Below, in pieces: positions 19,745 through 29,347 of a stretch of DNA of 64,000 nucleotides. A model generated the notes under the pieces. The model ran no database searches, had not been told where the DNA came from, and was given only the letters and a program-made list of their open reading frames with translations. Positions within the stretch are counted from its first letter, which is position 1. The number at the start of each line of letters is the position of its first letter. The DNA is taken from the IMG/VR virus record IMGVR_UViG_3300044712_000810, positions 1-64,000 of that record; one strand, written 5' to 3'. A program made the translations under genes and the position numbers.

Positions 19745-20659
19745 ATGGCATTCTTTGAAGAATTAATGGAAAAATATTATAAAATTACTTTTCCAGAAAA
19801 TGTAAAAGAAATTGCAAAAATAGGAGGCCGAGAAGCATATTACTTAGCGAATGATAAATCCGCATTTGTAAGTGCAAAAACAAAACATGATCGAAATGTA
19901 ATTGAACTCGACATGAAATCGGCATATCCTACACTTTGTAAGATTATTTACAAAGATAATCCACCGGTTCCAGAATTTGTGGAAAAAATATTCTTAATAC
20001 AAGATAAATTAGCAAGAAACGCATTTATTACAACTACACTTGCACATAATCCTGACACAGCAGACGAAATTAAAAGACTTAACCAAATGTGCAAACTAAC
20101 TATTTTCGGTTTTATGTTTGATAATATTGCGACCGGTGACGATGTTGAAATTCTTGAATTCAAGAAAGACGGCATCGTTGCCGTCGTAAATGATGAAACA
20201 AAACAGCTTTTAGAATACGCCATTAATGGCCAAGTTTTAGAACAAGAGTTTACATCATTTATCATTTCAAATGATATCAAATTTCATATCGAAACATATA
20301 ATATATATGCAAGAAGTAACAGAACTTCAATTTTTGTTACAGATGATAAAATTAAACTCAAAGGGCAACATACAAAAATTCCACCATATCTTCATAAATG
20401 TTTGGATGATGTTGCCCGTGGTAATGAATTAAGTACAGATATATATAAATATTATAATAAGACATACTTTGAAATACTAAGATATAATAATTTATCAAAT
20501 GAATTACATGATAAATATATAACATTTGAAAATAAAGTTTTAAATTCAGAAGGACAGTATGAATTACTTACACATCGTACTGTCGTTGATCCTAAGTTAT
20601 ATATCAAAACATTTTTATATCCAACAATCTTAGCACATAAAATTGGAGACTTATCTTGA
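19745..20659 (+). CDS. Small divergent family-B polymerase palm-like protein
   Basis: ELDMKSAYP (motif A-like), KRLNQMCKLTIFG (motif B-like), FKKDGI (motif C-like). Confidence 0.5.
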   Translation: MAFFEELMEKYYKITFPENVKEIAKIGGREAYYLANDKSAFVSAKTKHDRNVIELDMKSAYPTLCKIIYKDNPPVPEFVEKIFLIQDKLARNAFITTTLAHNPDTADEIKRLNQMCKLTIFGFMFDNIATGDDVEILEFKKDGIVAVVNDETKQLLEYAINGQVLEQEFTSFIISNDIKFHIETYNIYARSNRTSIFVTDDKIKLKGQHTKIPPYLHKCLDDVARGNELSTDIYKYYNKTYFEILRYNNLSNELHDKYITFENKVLNSEGQYELLTHRTVVDPKLYIKTFLYPTILAHKIGDLS

Positions 20660-20880
20660 AGTTAAATATATCTAAAGAAAAATATATGGCCGCTATTACT
20701 TACTTTACTATAATGGAAGAAAGGCGACCTGACGAAAGAGAATTACTATCAAAAGCAATGGCAATGACAGATGAAGATGTCGAAAGTGTTAAATCATTTG
20801 CTGAAAATTTCACAAAAGATGAAATTGAAGAAATGGTAAAAAGAGCAAAGAAAAATATAACAACGAGTACAACACAATGA
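20656..20880 (+). CDS. Hypothetical protein
   Basis: TTG start overlapping upstream stop, GGAG RBS. Confidence 0.55.
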   Translation: MKLNISKEKYMAAITYFTIMEERRPDERELLSKAMAMTDEDVESVKSFAENFTKDEIEEMVKRAKKNITTSTTQ

Positions 20881-21431
20881 CAGAATACTATTTAGAAACG
20901 TATTCAGGAATTAAGTTTTATTATAATGATATTAAACTTGAATATATTAACATTGTTGATATTGCCCATGCTATTGCAATGCAAGCAAGATGTAATGGAC
21001 ACACCGAAAGATTTTATGGAATCGCTGAACATTGTTTAAATGTTTCAGAAATCGTTCCTGATTATTTAAAACTTCCGGCACTCTTACATGATGCTGCTGA
21101 AGCATATGTTGGTGACCTTGTCGGACCTGTTAAATATCAACCCGGACTAGAACGATACCGGGAAATTGAAGATAGAATAACAGGTGCAATATATAAAAAA
21201 TTCGACATAACTGTTTCGGCCGAAGATCGCAAGATTATTAAACTTGCTGATTTACGAATGTTAAAAACTGAAGGTTTGCAGTTATTTAAATATCCAAAAG
21301 AATGGTCATTAATTGCGCCTGATATCACTCCTATTGAAGGTTTTCAGATTCTTGGACTTAATTGGGAACGGGCAAAAGAGTATTATTTAGATGAATTCAA
21401 TCGTCTTATGAGTCTACGAACAAAAATTTAA
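20877..21431 (+). CDS. HD-domain phosphohydrolase (YfbR/5'-deoxynucleotidase-like)
   Basis: DIAHAIA...RCNGH...YGIAEHC...ALLHDAAEAYVGD...ADLRML. Confidence 0.85.
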   Translation: MTEYYLETYSGIKFYYNDIKLEYINIVDIAHAIAMQARCNGHTERFYGIAEHCLNVSEIVPDYLKLPALLHDAAEAYVGDLVGPVKYQPGLERYREIEDRITGAIYKKFDITVSAEDRKIIKLADLRMLKTEGLQLFKYPKEWSLIAPDITPIEGFQILGLNWERAKEYYLDEFNRLMSLRTKI

Positions 21432-21529
21432 TTTTGTCTAAGTTTATATAAATATAATACCCGTGTTCGGGAGTACATTTGGGAACCAACCCAACCCCGA
21501 AAACGTCGAAATTTTAATATTCTCTAATT

Positions 21530-21541
21530 TCATATAGAAAT
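21530..21541 (+). promoter_or_regulatory. TCATATAGAAAT putative promoter
   Basis: Exact motif copy upstream of topoisomerase B. Confidence 0.65.
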
Positions 21542-21596
21542 ATTAGAAGTACGCGAAACGCGTTTATTTTCTTCTTCAATGTTTTTTGGAGGATTG

Positions 21597-23408
21597 ATGG
21601 AATCATCATATCAAGCATTAGATTCGATTACGATGGTTCGTACACGACCCGGCATGTTTATCGGTGATACTTCAACTCCAAACCATTTGGTAGAAGAAGT
21701 AGTCGACAACATGTTCGACGAAGTTGCGAACGGATTTGCCAGCATTGGATCAGTTTATTTTAATGAAGATGATGGTTCTGTTTGGATCACGGACAATGGA
21801 CGTGGTATCAAAGTAGAATCTATGAAAATCCCATCTGGCGAAATCAAAGATTCTATTGAAGTTTTGTGTACAAAACTTTTCTCAGGATCTAAATTCGATT
21901 TAAAAGATTATGAAACATTAATTGGTATGCACGGCGTTGGTCTGGTAGCTGTTAACGCACTATCAGATTGGCTGTCAATTAGAACTAGAGATAGAACTAA
22001 TAAAAATCAAGTACATGTTTATAATTTTGTTGATGCAAAGTTAGTATCGAAAGAGACAGTCGAAGACAATGACTTAACTAAATCCACAATCGTAGGATTT
22101 AAACCTAGTAATAGGTATTTTGATGACGTTGAGTTCAACGTCAGGTATTTTGCGTCTAGACTTTTATTAACGCAGTCTCAGTTCGAAAATTGTCAATTTT
22201 ATTTTAACAATAAAGAGATCCCAAAAATTTCTTTTGACCAATATGTTAAACGCATGTTAGGTCTTAAGGATGATCATAAAATATATCAATTAAAACATGA
22301 TAAATCAAAGAATGAATCGATTAAAGTATTTATTACTTATGTTGATGACGTTGATACTAATATCTTGAGTGATGTTAATCTAAGATCCTGCGAAGGAACT
22401 TTTATGACATCATTTCAAACACTATTAAAAAATACTTTAAAAGAAAAAATTGACAAAAAATTTAAAAACATTAACTTAAATGATCTATTAACTGGACTAC
22501 GTTTATACGTCTCATTAAGAGTTCCCGAACCTAAGTTTGACTCTCAAACTAAAGTTCGAATGGTTCTCGATGTGAGAAAAAGTCTGATTAAACCTTTAGA
22601 GCAACAAGTTGAATGGTTTTGTTCTCAAAAGGAGATTGTGGATTTAGTTAATCAATTACTTGAACGAAAACTCAATAAGAAATTTACAGCTAAATCAGAT
22701 AAAACAAAGAAATATGTAGATGCCGAAAATAAATTGCGCGACTGTGAAAAGAAACCTGGAGATGTACTATACATCTGTGAAGGTGATAGCGCTGACGGTA
22801 CTCTCAAAAAAATCAAAAATCATCAAGTAGAAGCATCATATCCACTTCGTGGTAAGATGTTAAATATTGAAAAAGCATCATTTGAGAAAATCGAGAAGAA
22901 CAAAGAAATAACCGATCTTAAAGAAGCTTTAGGATCCAAAAACAATAGACGATATCAGAAAATCAAAGTCTTGGCAGACGCAGATTTAGACGGTGCTCAC
23001 ATCGTGACACTATGTCTATTAGTTCTTCAAAAATTAGCTCCGGATATGATACAAGAAGGTAGAGTAAGCGTAATTTTACCACCACTCTACGGTGCCACTA
23101 AAGGCAAACAATTTTATCCGATATATGATGTGAAACATGTTGATTATTATATTAACAATGGCTTTGAAGTATCACGCTTCAAAGGTTTGGGGGAAATGGA
23201 CCCCCATGAATTATCTGCAACAGTCCGATCTGGTGTTGAATATGTCGTTCAATATCCTCAAGATGCAAAAGTTCGTGAAAATCTCGTAAGAATGATAACT
23301 GATACTCAAATCAAACGGGCAATCATGAACGATGACCGTTGCCAAATGGATAGAATACTGCAAGAAGTCTTGCAAAACTTACAACAAAAATCAAAAAACC
23401 CTGATTAG
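21597..23408 (+). CDS. Type IIA topoisomerase B-type subunit (GyrB/ParE-like)
   Basis: VRTRPGMFIG, EVVDNMFDE, DNGRGI, GMHGVG, EGDSA, PLRGK, ADADLDG, RFKGLGEM. Confidence 0.95.
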   Translation: MESSYQALDSITMVRTRPGMFIGDTSTPNHLVEEVVDNMFDEVANGFASIGSVYFNEDDGSVWITDNGRGIKVESMKIPSGEIKDSIEVLCTKLFSGSKFDLKDYETLIGMHGVGLVAVNALSDWLSIRTRDRTNKNQVHVYNFVDAKLVSKETVEDNDLTKSTIVGFKPSNRYFDDVEFNVRYFASRLLLTQSQFENCQFYFNNKEIPKISFDQYVKRMLGLKDDHKIYQLKHDKSKNESIKVFITYVDDVDTNILSDVNLRSCEGTFMTSFQTLLKNTLKEKIDKKFKNINLNDLLTGLRLYVSLRVPEPKFDSQTKVRMVLDVRKSLIKPLEQQVEWFCSQKEIVDLVNQLLERKLNKKFTAKSDKTKKYVDAENKLRDCEKKPGDVLYICEGDSADGTLKKIKNHQVEASYPLRGKMLNIEKASFEKIEKNKEITDLKEALGSKNNRRYQKIKVLADADLDGAHIVTLCLLVLQKLAPDMIQEGRVSVILPPLYGATKGKQFYPIYDVKHVDYYINNGFEVSRFKGLGEMDPHELSATVRSGVEYVVQYPQDAKVRENLVRMITDTQIKRAIMNDDRCQMDRILQEVLQNLQQKSKNPD

Positions 23409-23418
23409 GAGAATTATT

Positions 23419-23841
23419 ATGTCTAATGCACCTTTCGTTCCTCCATTCGCCGGTGGTCCCGTTACTGCTCCTGAAACCCCTTCTGTTGAAGGTGTTGAAA
23501 AGAAAGCCCGCAAGAAAGGCGGAGAGCGTAAGACCCCCAATGCCCCAATGAGCAAGGAAGACATTCAGTTCGTAGTTAAGAATGTAAAGACTATGTCTTA
23601 CAAAGAAATCGCTGATGCCCGTAATCTTACTAAGCATCAAGTTAACCGTGCACTCATGGAAGCCAAGAAAATGCTTCGTGATGGCGCTGGTGAAGATGAA
23701 GCAAAGAAAGCAAAGGTTGAAGCATACATTAAAGATTATCTTAGCCGTCCTGAAGATACCCTTCCTGGCGCTGGCGGACGTAAGTCTGAAGTTAAAGCCG
23801 CTATCAATGACGTTGTTGGTGACATCCTAAGCAGCCTTTAA
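23419..23841 (+). CDS. Hypothetical protein with HTH-like segment
   Basis: AGGAG RBS; MSYKEIADARNLTKHQVNRAL resembles a sigma region-4-type HTH. Confidence 0.6.
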   Translation: MSNAPFVPPFAGGPVTAPETPSVEGVEKKARKKGGERKTPNAPMSKEDIQFVVKNVKTMSYKEIADARNLTKHQVNRALMEAKKMLRDGAGEDEAKKAKVEAYIKDYLSRPEDTLPGAGGRKSEVKAAINDVVGDILSSL

Positions 23842-23980
23842 TCAATAGTTTGACGATACACAAATATTAGCTTTTTTCTCAAACTTAATATTCGACGAGA
23901 GTCTTTTCCCAAGGTCCGGTCGAAAGACCGGCCTTGGATATTTTATTTCACACTCAAAGATATTATGCAAGGAGCTTAGA

Positions 23981-24358
23981 ATGTCTTTCACACTAAACGA
24001 AGTCACTTTAGTCGGACGAATTGGTAAGAAGCCCGAACTAAATAAGACTAAGACTGATATCCCCGTAACAAACTTTTATATTGCTACCGACGAACTCTTA
24101 GCTGAAACCGACGCCAATGGCAGAAAGATGAAGAAAACAGAATGGCACCGTATCGTTGCATGGAAGAAAACTGCCGAGTTTGTTGCAAATCATTTGTCAA
24201 CTGGAACTCTAATCTGTGTCAAAGGCAAGCTCAAATCCCGCGAATGGAAAGACCAAACTGGTCAAGACCGTCGCGTTGTTGAAATTGTTGCAGACAAGAT
24301 TGATGTAGTAACCTGGCCGCCTAAGAAGGACGAAGTTCCTTCTGCAGCCAGCGCTTAA
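23981..24358 (+). CDS. ssb: Single-stranded DNA-binding protein (copy 1)
   Basis: LNEVTLVGRIGKKPE, TEWHRIVAW, VKGKLKSREW. Confidence 0.9.
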   Translation: MSFTLNEVTLVGRIGKKPELNKTKTDIPVTNFYIATDELLAETDANGRKMKKTEWHRIVAWKKTAEFVANHLSTGTLICVKGKLKSREWKDQTGQDRRVVEIVADKIDVVTWPPKKDEVPSAASA

Positions 24359-24426
24359 ATCCATCCCCCGTATTAACTTGGGCCTGATTGTCAGGCCCAT
24401 TTTTAGTTTTTTTACATGAGGAATAC

Positions 24427-24630
24427 ATGGCTAATAAACCAGGAAACGAATATACAAAACATGAATATATAAAAGCTGAATGTAATAAAAGTGATTGTAT
24501 CCATCACAGCACTGGAATATTCTCTGCAAGATGGGGACATACATACGGAACAGTATTACAACCTTGTATTGCATGTATTCACTTCAACAAAATTGATCTA
24601 TATGTGAAAAAGGAAGAAACGGATGGCTAA
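24427..24630 (+). CDS. Small Cys/His-rich hypothetical protein
   Basis: GAGG RBS before ATG 24427. Confidence 0.6.
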   Translation: MANKPGNEYTKHEYIKAECNKSDCIHHSTGIFSARWGHTYGTVLQPCIACIHFNKIDLYVKKEETDG

Positions 24631-25423
24631 AGCATTAGTTCCTATTTATGAATGTGATCTTTGTGGACATATATCAAAGAATCCATTTGATGTTCGTGTA
24701 TTTAACGGATTAGTATCTGATGGTGAAAATTATATTTTCTCTGACGATTCAATCATGGTAGGTGTGCCTTGTGGATGTATTATAGGACACTTACAGCTTG
24801 GTGAAAAACCAAAACAAAAACAAATCCAGATTCGTAAACCGGCACCAAAACCGGAACCGGAAACCATTTCGGAACACGAAATTTTGGAACCACCTGTCGA
24901 AGTTGTGGAAGATGATCCTATCTACCCCGACTTAGATGCGCCAGATATCGACGACCCAGTTGATACTGGTGAAAGTTTAGGTCTAACAAATCCGGATGAT
25001 ATTTTCGATAGAATTATCGAAGAAAAACAAGAAGATTTAAAACCAGTCCTTCGTGAAGACCAAGAAGGCAAATATTTTGTGTTAAGAAAAATTAATACAG
25101 AAAATGATGAATCTGAATTGATTGCTTCATTAGGTCACGTATCTATTGAATCATTCAAAAAGAATGCATATGACAAATCTTTAGTTGGCGTTTATGTAGC
25201 AGTAATGCTATCCGCCGATGAAATTATAGAAAAAGTTAGAAAGAAAACTGTATCATTTATTGATAACATTATCATGGGTGGAATTCCACATATCACTGAA
25301 AGTGAACTTGATGTATCATTAGATGGTCAACGTGCATATATAACACAGGATGATTATAACAACGCAAGACGTTATTTTACAAAACCTAAATCTTTACAGG
25401 ATATTCTGAAAGAAAAAGAATGA
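24623..25423 (+). CDS. Hypothetical protein (N-terminal CxxC, acidic linker)
   Basis: 266 aa, overlapping neighbours. Confidence 0.75.
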   Translation: MAKALVPIYECDLCGHISKNPFDVRVFNGLVSDGENYIFSDDSIMVGVPCGCIIGHLQLGEKPKQKQIQIRKPAPKPEPETISEHEILEPPVEVVEDDPIYPDLDAPDIDDPVDTGESLGLTNPDDIFDRIIEEKQEDLKPVLREDQEGKYFVLRKINTENDESELIASLGHVSIESFKKNAYDKSLVGVYVAVMLSADEIIEKVRKKTVSFIDNIIMGGIPHITESELDVSLDGQRAYITQDDYNNARRYFTKPKSLQDILKEKE

Positions 25424-25686
25424 ATAACATATTAGTAGAGTTGCTAGGATTTATAGCTGGTTCATTAACAACATTCTCAGCAATACCACAAGTACTACGA
25501 GTATATAAAACTAAATCGACAAAAGATCTTAGTGCATTAACATATTTATCAATATGTATCGGCGCGATACTATGGGTAATATATGGAGCAATTGTAGGCT
25601 CATTATCTGTAACTATCATGAGTATTATAAGCGCCATATTAAATGGTTCTATTCTAATCATGAAGTTAAAAGACCTTCAAAAGTAG
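25420..25686 (+). CDS. SemiSWEET / PQ-loop membrane transporter
   Basis: LGFIAGSLTTFSAIPQVLRVYKTKSTKDLS...LWVIYG, three TM helices. Confidence 0.9.
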   Translation: MNNILVELLGFIAGSLTTFSAIPQVLRVYKTKSTKDLSALTYLSICIGAILWVIYGAIVGSLSVTIMSIISAILNGSILIMKLKDLQK

Positions 25687-25735
25687 TAGGTCGGGGACGT
25701 TTAAAGCGTCCCCAAAATTTTTATTTTTAACTGAA

Positions 25736-25747
25736 TCATATAGAAAT
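25736..25747 (+). promoter_or_regulatory. TCATATAGAAAT putative promoter
   Basis: Follows the hairpin GGGGACG-TTTAAAG-CGTCCCC. Confidence 0.7.
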
Positions 25748-25770
25748 AATATGATCGGGAGGTTAACCTT

Positions 25771-26046
25771 ATGTGGGCACTAGTTGAATTTCTTGTTTTC
25801 GTTATGGCGTGTGCTTTTGTTGTTACGCAACTTTTGTTGCCAGCAATAAGAAACACACCATATTTTCCGGTTTTCAGAAAAACTGGAAAACAGGTGACAA
25901 AGACCGAATGTGAAATCAAAACACTCAACGAACTCGAACAAATACAAACACTGGAGGAGACACGCGATGAACTTGCTGGACGAATTGAAAGAAAGGTTCG
26001 AAAAGGATCCGAGGAGATCGTCGATGGGACAGTCGATGGAAAGTAA
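25771..26046 (+). CDS. Small membrane-anchored hypothetical protein
   Basis: N-terminal hydrophobic helix, GGGAGG RBS. Confidence 0.65.
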   Translation: MWALVEFLVFVMACAFVVTQLLLPAIRNTPYFPVFRKTGKQVTKTECEIKTLNELEQIQTLEETRDELAGRIERKVRKGSEEIVDGTVDGK

Positions 26047-27382
26047 CACGCCCAAAACCGGGGGAATCAAACGTTGGTTCGTGATCCTCGGCAGCATCAT
26101 TCTTCTGATCGTTCTTCTGCAAATGTCTTCACGTCTCATCGAGATCGTGGACGCCGAAGAATACGCCGTCGTGCAGTACCCCAACGGCACGTTGGAAGTG
26201 TGGCATGAACCCGGCCTGCACCTGCAGTGGCTCGGCAAAGTCACCGCCTACAAGAAATCCAACCAGTTCTGGTTCAGCAGACACAAAGACCAGGGCAAAA
26301 CCGGCGATGAAAGCATCGACACCAGATTCAACGACGCCGGTACAGCGAAAGTTTCCGGCGGCATTCGTTACGATCTGCCTGTTCCCAAGGGTCACGAAAA
26401 GAAAGATCTTGAAGCATTTCAACAGCAAATCATCAACATCCACACCAGATACGGATCAACGGCAAGAATCGAGTCGGAACTCATCCGCCCGATCATGCAG
26501 CGTTCCGTCTTTCTGTCCGGCCAGTTGAAATCTTCCAAGGAAGTCTTCTCAACCGCCGCTGGCAGATTCCAACAGGATATCGAAGACCAGGCAACCAACG
26601 GCATCTATCGTACCATCACCGAGAATGTTCGCGTAAAAGACGAACTCACCGGCGAGACAAAGATGATGACCCTCGAAAAGGTCGTTGCAGACAAAGAAGG
26701 TCCGAACGGCATCGCCCGTATCGACGTTTCTCCTGTCGCATATTTCGGTATGCGTCTGTACAGTCTGTCCATCGACAGCATCGAACCTGACGGGGCTGTG
26801 AAAGGCCAGATTGCCGAACAGCAAAAGATTACCATGGAAGTTCAGACCTCCATGGCTCGCGCTAAACAGGCAGAACAGCAAGCTTTGACTGCGGTCAAAG
26901 AAGGCGAAGCCAAAGCAGCGGCAACCAAATGGGAACAGGAAGCGATCAAGGCTCGCGAAGTTACCAAGGCCCAACAGGAAAAACAGGTTGCTGAAACCAA
27001 CGCCGAAAAGGACAAGAAAGTTGCTGAAACCAAAGCAGAGCAGATGAAACAGGTTGCAATGCTTGGTGCCGAAGCAGCAAAGTTCTACAAACAGGAACAA
27101 GACTTGCGTGCTGAAGCTGACGCTAACTACAAAACCAAAATCTTGTACGCCGACGGCGCTCTTGCGCAGAAACTCGACGCATACGTGAAGGTAAGCCAGA
27201 TGTATGCCGATGCAATGCGCGACTACAAGGGCGCCTGGGTTCCGCAACTCGTCATGGGCGGCGGACAAAGTGGATCGAATTCCAGTGTTCAGGACTTGAT
27301 GTCTTTGCTTTCCGCAAAGGCAGCCAAGGATCTGTCGTTGGATCTGTCGATCACCGGACCTCAAGGCAAAAAGAACAACTAA
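25967..27382 (+). CDS. SPFH / Band-7 / flotillin-like membrane protein with long coiled coil
   Basis: One TM segment, VVQYPNG...EPGLHLQW, Ala/Glu/Lys coiled coil, VPQLVMGGG tail; start may instead be 26036. Confidence 0.8.
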   Translation: MNLLDELKERFEKDPRRSSMGQSMESNTPKTGGIKRWFVILGSIILLIVLLQMSSRLIEIVDAEEYAVVQYPNGTLEVWHEPGLHLQWLGKVTAYKKSNQFWFSRHKDQGKTGDESIDTRFNDAGTAKVSGGIRYDLPVPKGHEKKDLEAFQQQIINIHTRYGSTARIESELIRPIMQRSVFLSGQLKSSKEVFSTAAGRFQQDIEDQATNGIYRTITENVRVKDELTGETKMMTLEKVVADKEGPNGIARIDVSPVAYFGMRLYSLSIDSIEPDGAVKGQIAEQQKITMEVQTSMARAKQAEQQALTAVKEGEAKAAATKWEQEAIKAREVTKAQQEKQVAETNAEKDKKVAETKAEQMKQVAMLGAEAAKFYKQEQDLRAEADANYKTKILYADGALAQKLDAYVKVSQMYADAMRDYKGAWVPQLVMGGGQSGSNSSVQDLMSLLSAKAAKDLSLDLSITGPQGKKNN

Positions 27383-27482
27383 CAAAAGAGGGGGACTTCG
27401 GTCCCCCGATTTTAAATATTTTTTCTAATGTTATAAAAAAATTATTAACATGTGACGAAAATTAAAAAAGGAGATCTAGCTA

Positions 27483-29021
27483 GTGGCAAGAAAAACAACT
27501 AGCAATATCAAGAAAAAACAAAAGAATTTTATGGATTTCCTTAAGTCAATAACCAAATGGCTTGGAAATAAATCTAGATCAGCAAATCAATTGGATTATC
27601 TTATTAATGCATATGATGTTGATAAGATGGTATTTAAAAGACTTTTGAGTTATGTTTATTCATTTCCTCATTTGATTTACTATTATAATAAATATATGAA
27701 CAAATTATTTGACTATAATAGTATGGATATTAAAGAGTGGATTTATTCATTAGCATTCTTAATTGATGCAAATAATGTCCAACAAAAGAAATTCATGTAT
27801 ATTAAGTCAAATGAATTCAAAGAAGAAACACAAAAACAGATTACTGATTTACTACGTGAATATTTTAATACTGTATATGATCAACAAATGAATGATGAAG
27901 ATCTCGAAGTATACTATCGTCTTTTCAACTTAAATGTTATAAAAGACGAAGATATTATGATGGCAGATAAATTAATAAATAATGAATCTACCATTAAAAT
28001 TGAGCGCGATGATTTTATTGATACTTCACCTGAAGAGGATGATGTGGCAAGAAAACAACCTAGTTTTGAAATCACGAAATTAAGTCAATCATTAATTGAT
28101 TTAAGTAATGAAATTAAGCTCTCTGCCCAAAGTCGGGATGAATGTAAAAGTTGTCCAATGTTTGGTAAACCTATTGTTACATTCGATAGTAATATTGAAG
28201 AACCTGGAGAAGTCGATGTCATTTTCATAGGACTGAATCCGGGGACAGATGAAGCATTAGTTGATAGACCATTTGTTGGAGATTCTGGTAAACAATTAAG
28301 ACGTGAATTGATACATCCAATGACAATGGCAGGAAAGACTTGGACTATATTCAATTCAATATTATGTAGTAGTGCAAACAAAGAAAACATTCCAGAATTT
28401 GATAAAGTCAGTGCAAACTGTAAAGGATTAGTTTGGAATTTGGCCGGAAAGTTTCCAACGAAATTATATATTCCAGTTGGAAGTGATGCATTAGCATTAT
28501 TTGGTATTAAAGATAAGATTACAAAAGCATCCGGAAATGAATATGATATGGGTAATGGAATTAAAGTTATTCCGCTTGTTCATCCATCGGCAGTAGCAAA
28601 AGCTAGAACAAAGATGGAACCAATATATAAAGAATCATGTGAAAAGATTCTAAAATATATGAATATTACAAAACAAGCAATTCAACCAGTTCCACCAAAA
28701 GCGCAAGAAAAGAAACAATATAACAAAGATAACTTTAATATACCAGAACATCTATTAATCAAAGAAGTTACAACAAACTTAACATTCTTTGATGTTAAAG
28801 AATTAAACGCATATAAAGTTCTTATGATATTTATTGATGAAAATGGTGATAAGAAATATTTAATAAAAGATCATCAACTTCCAATTTACATCAAACAAAA
28901 AGAATTTAATGAACTTGATAATATCAATGGCAACTTTGAAGCAATGTCGTTAATCCCAGGTGGAAGACGATATCAAGTAACTAAATTAATCAGAGAAAAA
29001 TTAAACGAGATGAGAGGATAA
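27483..29021 (+). CDS. Multidomain protein with central family-4 uracil-DNA glycosylase domain
   Basis: CKSCPM...VIFIGLNPGTDE...RPFVGDSGKQL...VHPS; the C-terminal ~100 aa resemble the PolB N-terminal domain (FIDENGDK). Confidence 0.75.
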   Translation: MARKTTSNIKKKQKNFMDFLKSITKWLGNKSRSANQLDYLINAYDVDKMVFKRLLSYVYSFPHLIYYYNKYMNKLFDYNSMDIKEWIYSLAFLIDANNVQQKKFMYIKSNEFKEETQKQITDLLREYFNTVYDQQMNDEDLEVYYRLFNLNVIKDEDIMMADKLINNESTIKIERDDFIDTSPEEDDVARKQPSFEITKLSQSLIDLSNEIKLSAQSRDECKSCPMFGKPIVTFDSNIEEPGEVDVIFIGLNPGTDEALVDRPFVGDSGKQLRRELIHPMTMAGKTWTIFNSILCSSANKENIPEFDKVSANCKGLVWNLAGKFPTKLYIPVGSDALALFGIKDKITKASGNEYDMGNGIKVIPLVHPSAVAKARTKMEPIYKESCEKILKYMNITKQAIQPVPPKAQEKKQYNKDNFNIPEHLLIKEVTTNLTFFDVKELNAYKVLMIFIDENGDKKYLIKDHQLPIYIKQKEFNELDNINGNFEAMSLIPGGRRYQVTKLIREKLNEMRG

Positions 29022-29022
29022 T

Positions 29023-29346
29023 ATGAGCACAGTATATAAAAAAGTTGAAACCGATGCAACAGAAGCAGAAAGATCTGTAACTGCAATACAACTCCCAGTA
29101 GATGAATTAGTCAATGGCTATTTTGCTAAATTGAAAGAAGAAGGCATGAATGAAAAGTTAGAACGACTTAAAATGGCTAATGAATACCTTCTTGATGAAA
29201 ATCGCAGACTTACAAATGAACTAAGTAAATTTAAAGTAAAAGCAAATCGTGGATCTATTGGTTTATGGTTAATGAAACATGTTACAGAACTAACTGATAA
29301 AGTTTCTAATAAACTTAAAAACAAATTAAATAAAATGGAGAAATAA
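29023..29346 (+). CDS. Hypothetical coiled-coil protein
   Basis: GAGG RBS, tightly packed. Confidence 0.7.
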   Translation: MSTVYKKVETDATEAERSVTAIQLPVDELVNGYFAKLKEEGMNEKLERLKMANEYLLDENRRLTNELSKFKVKANRGSIGLWLMKHVTELTDKVSNKLKNKLNKMEK

Positions 29347-29347
29347 T

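Noticed and set aside
26549-27385. Long antisense or alternate-frame ORFs over GC-rich genes (also 6041-6807 and 45320-46909)
   Set aside because: Expected by-product of GC-rich, C-ending codon usage that removes stop codons in other frames
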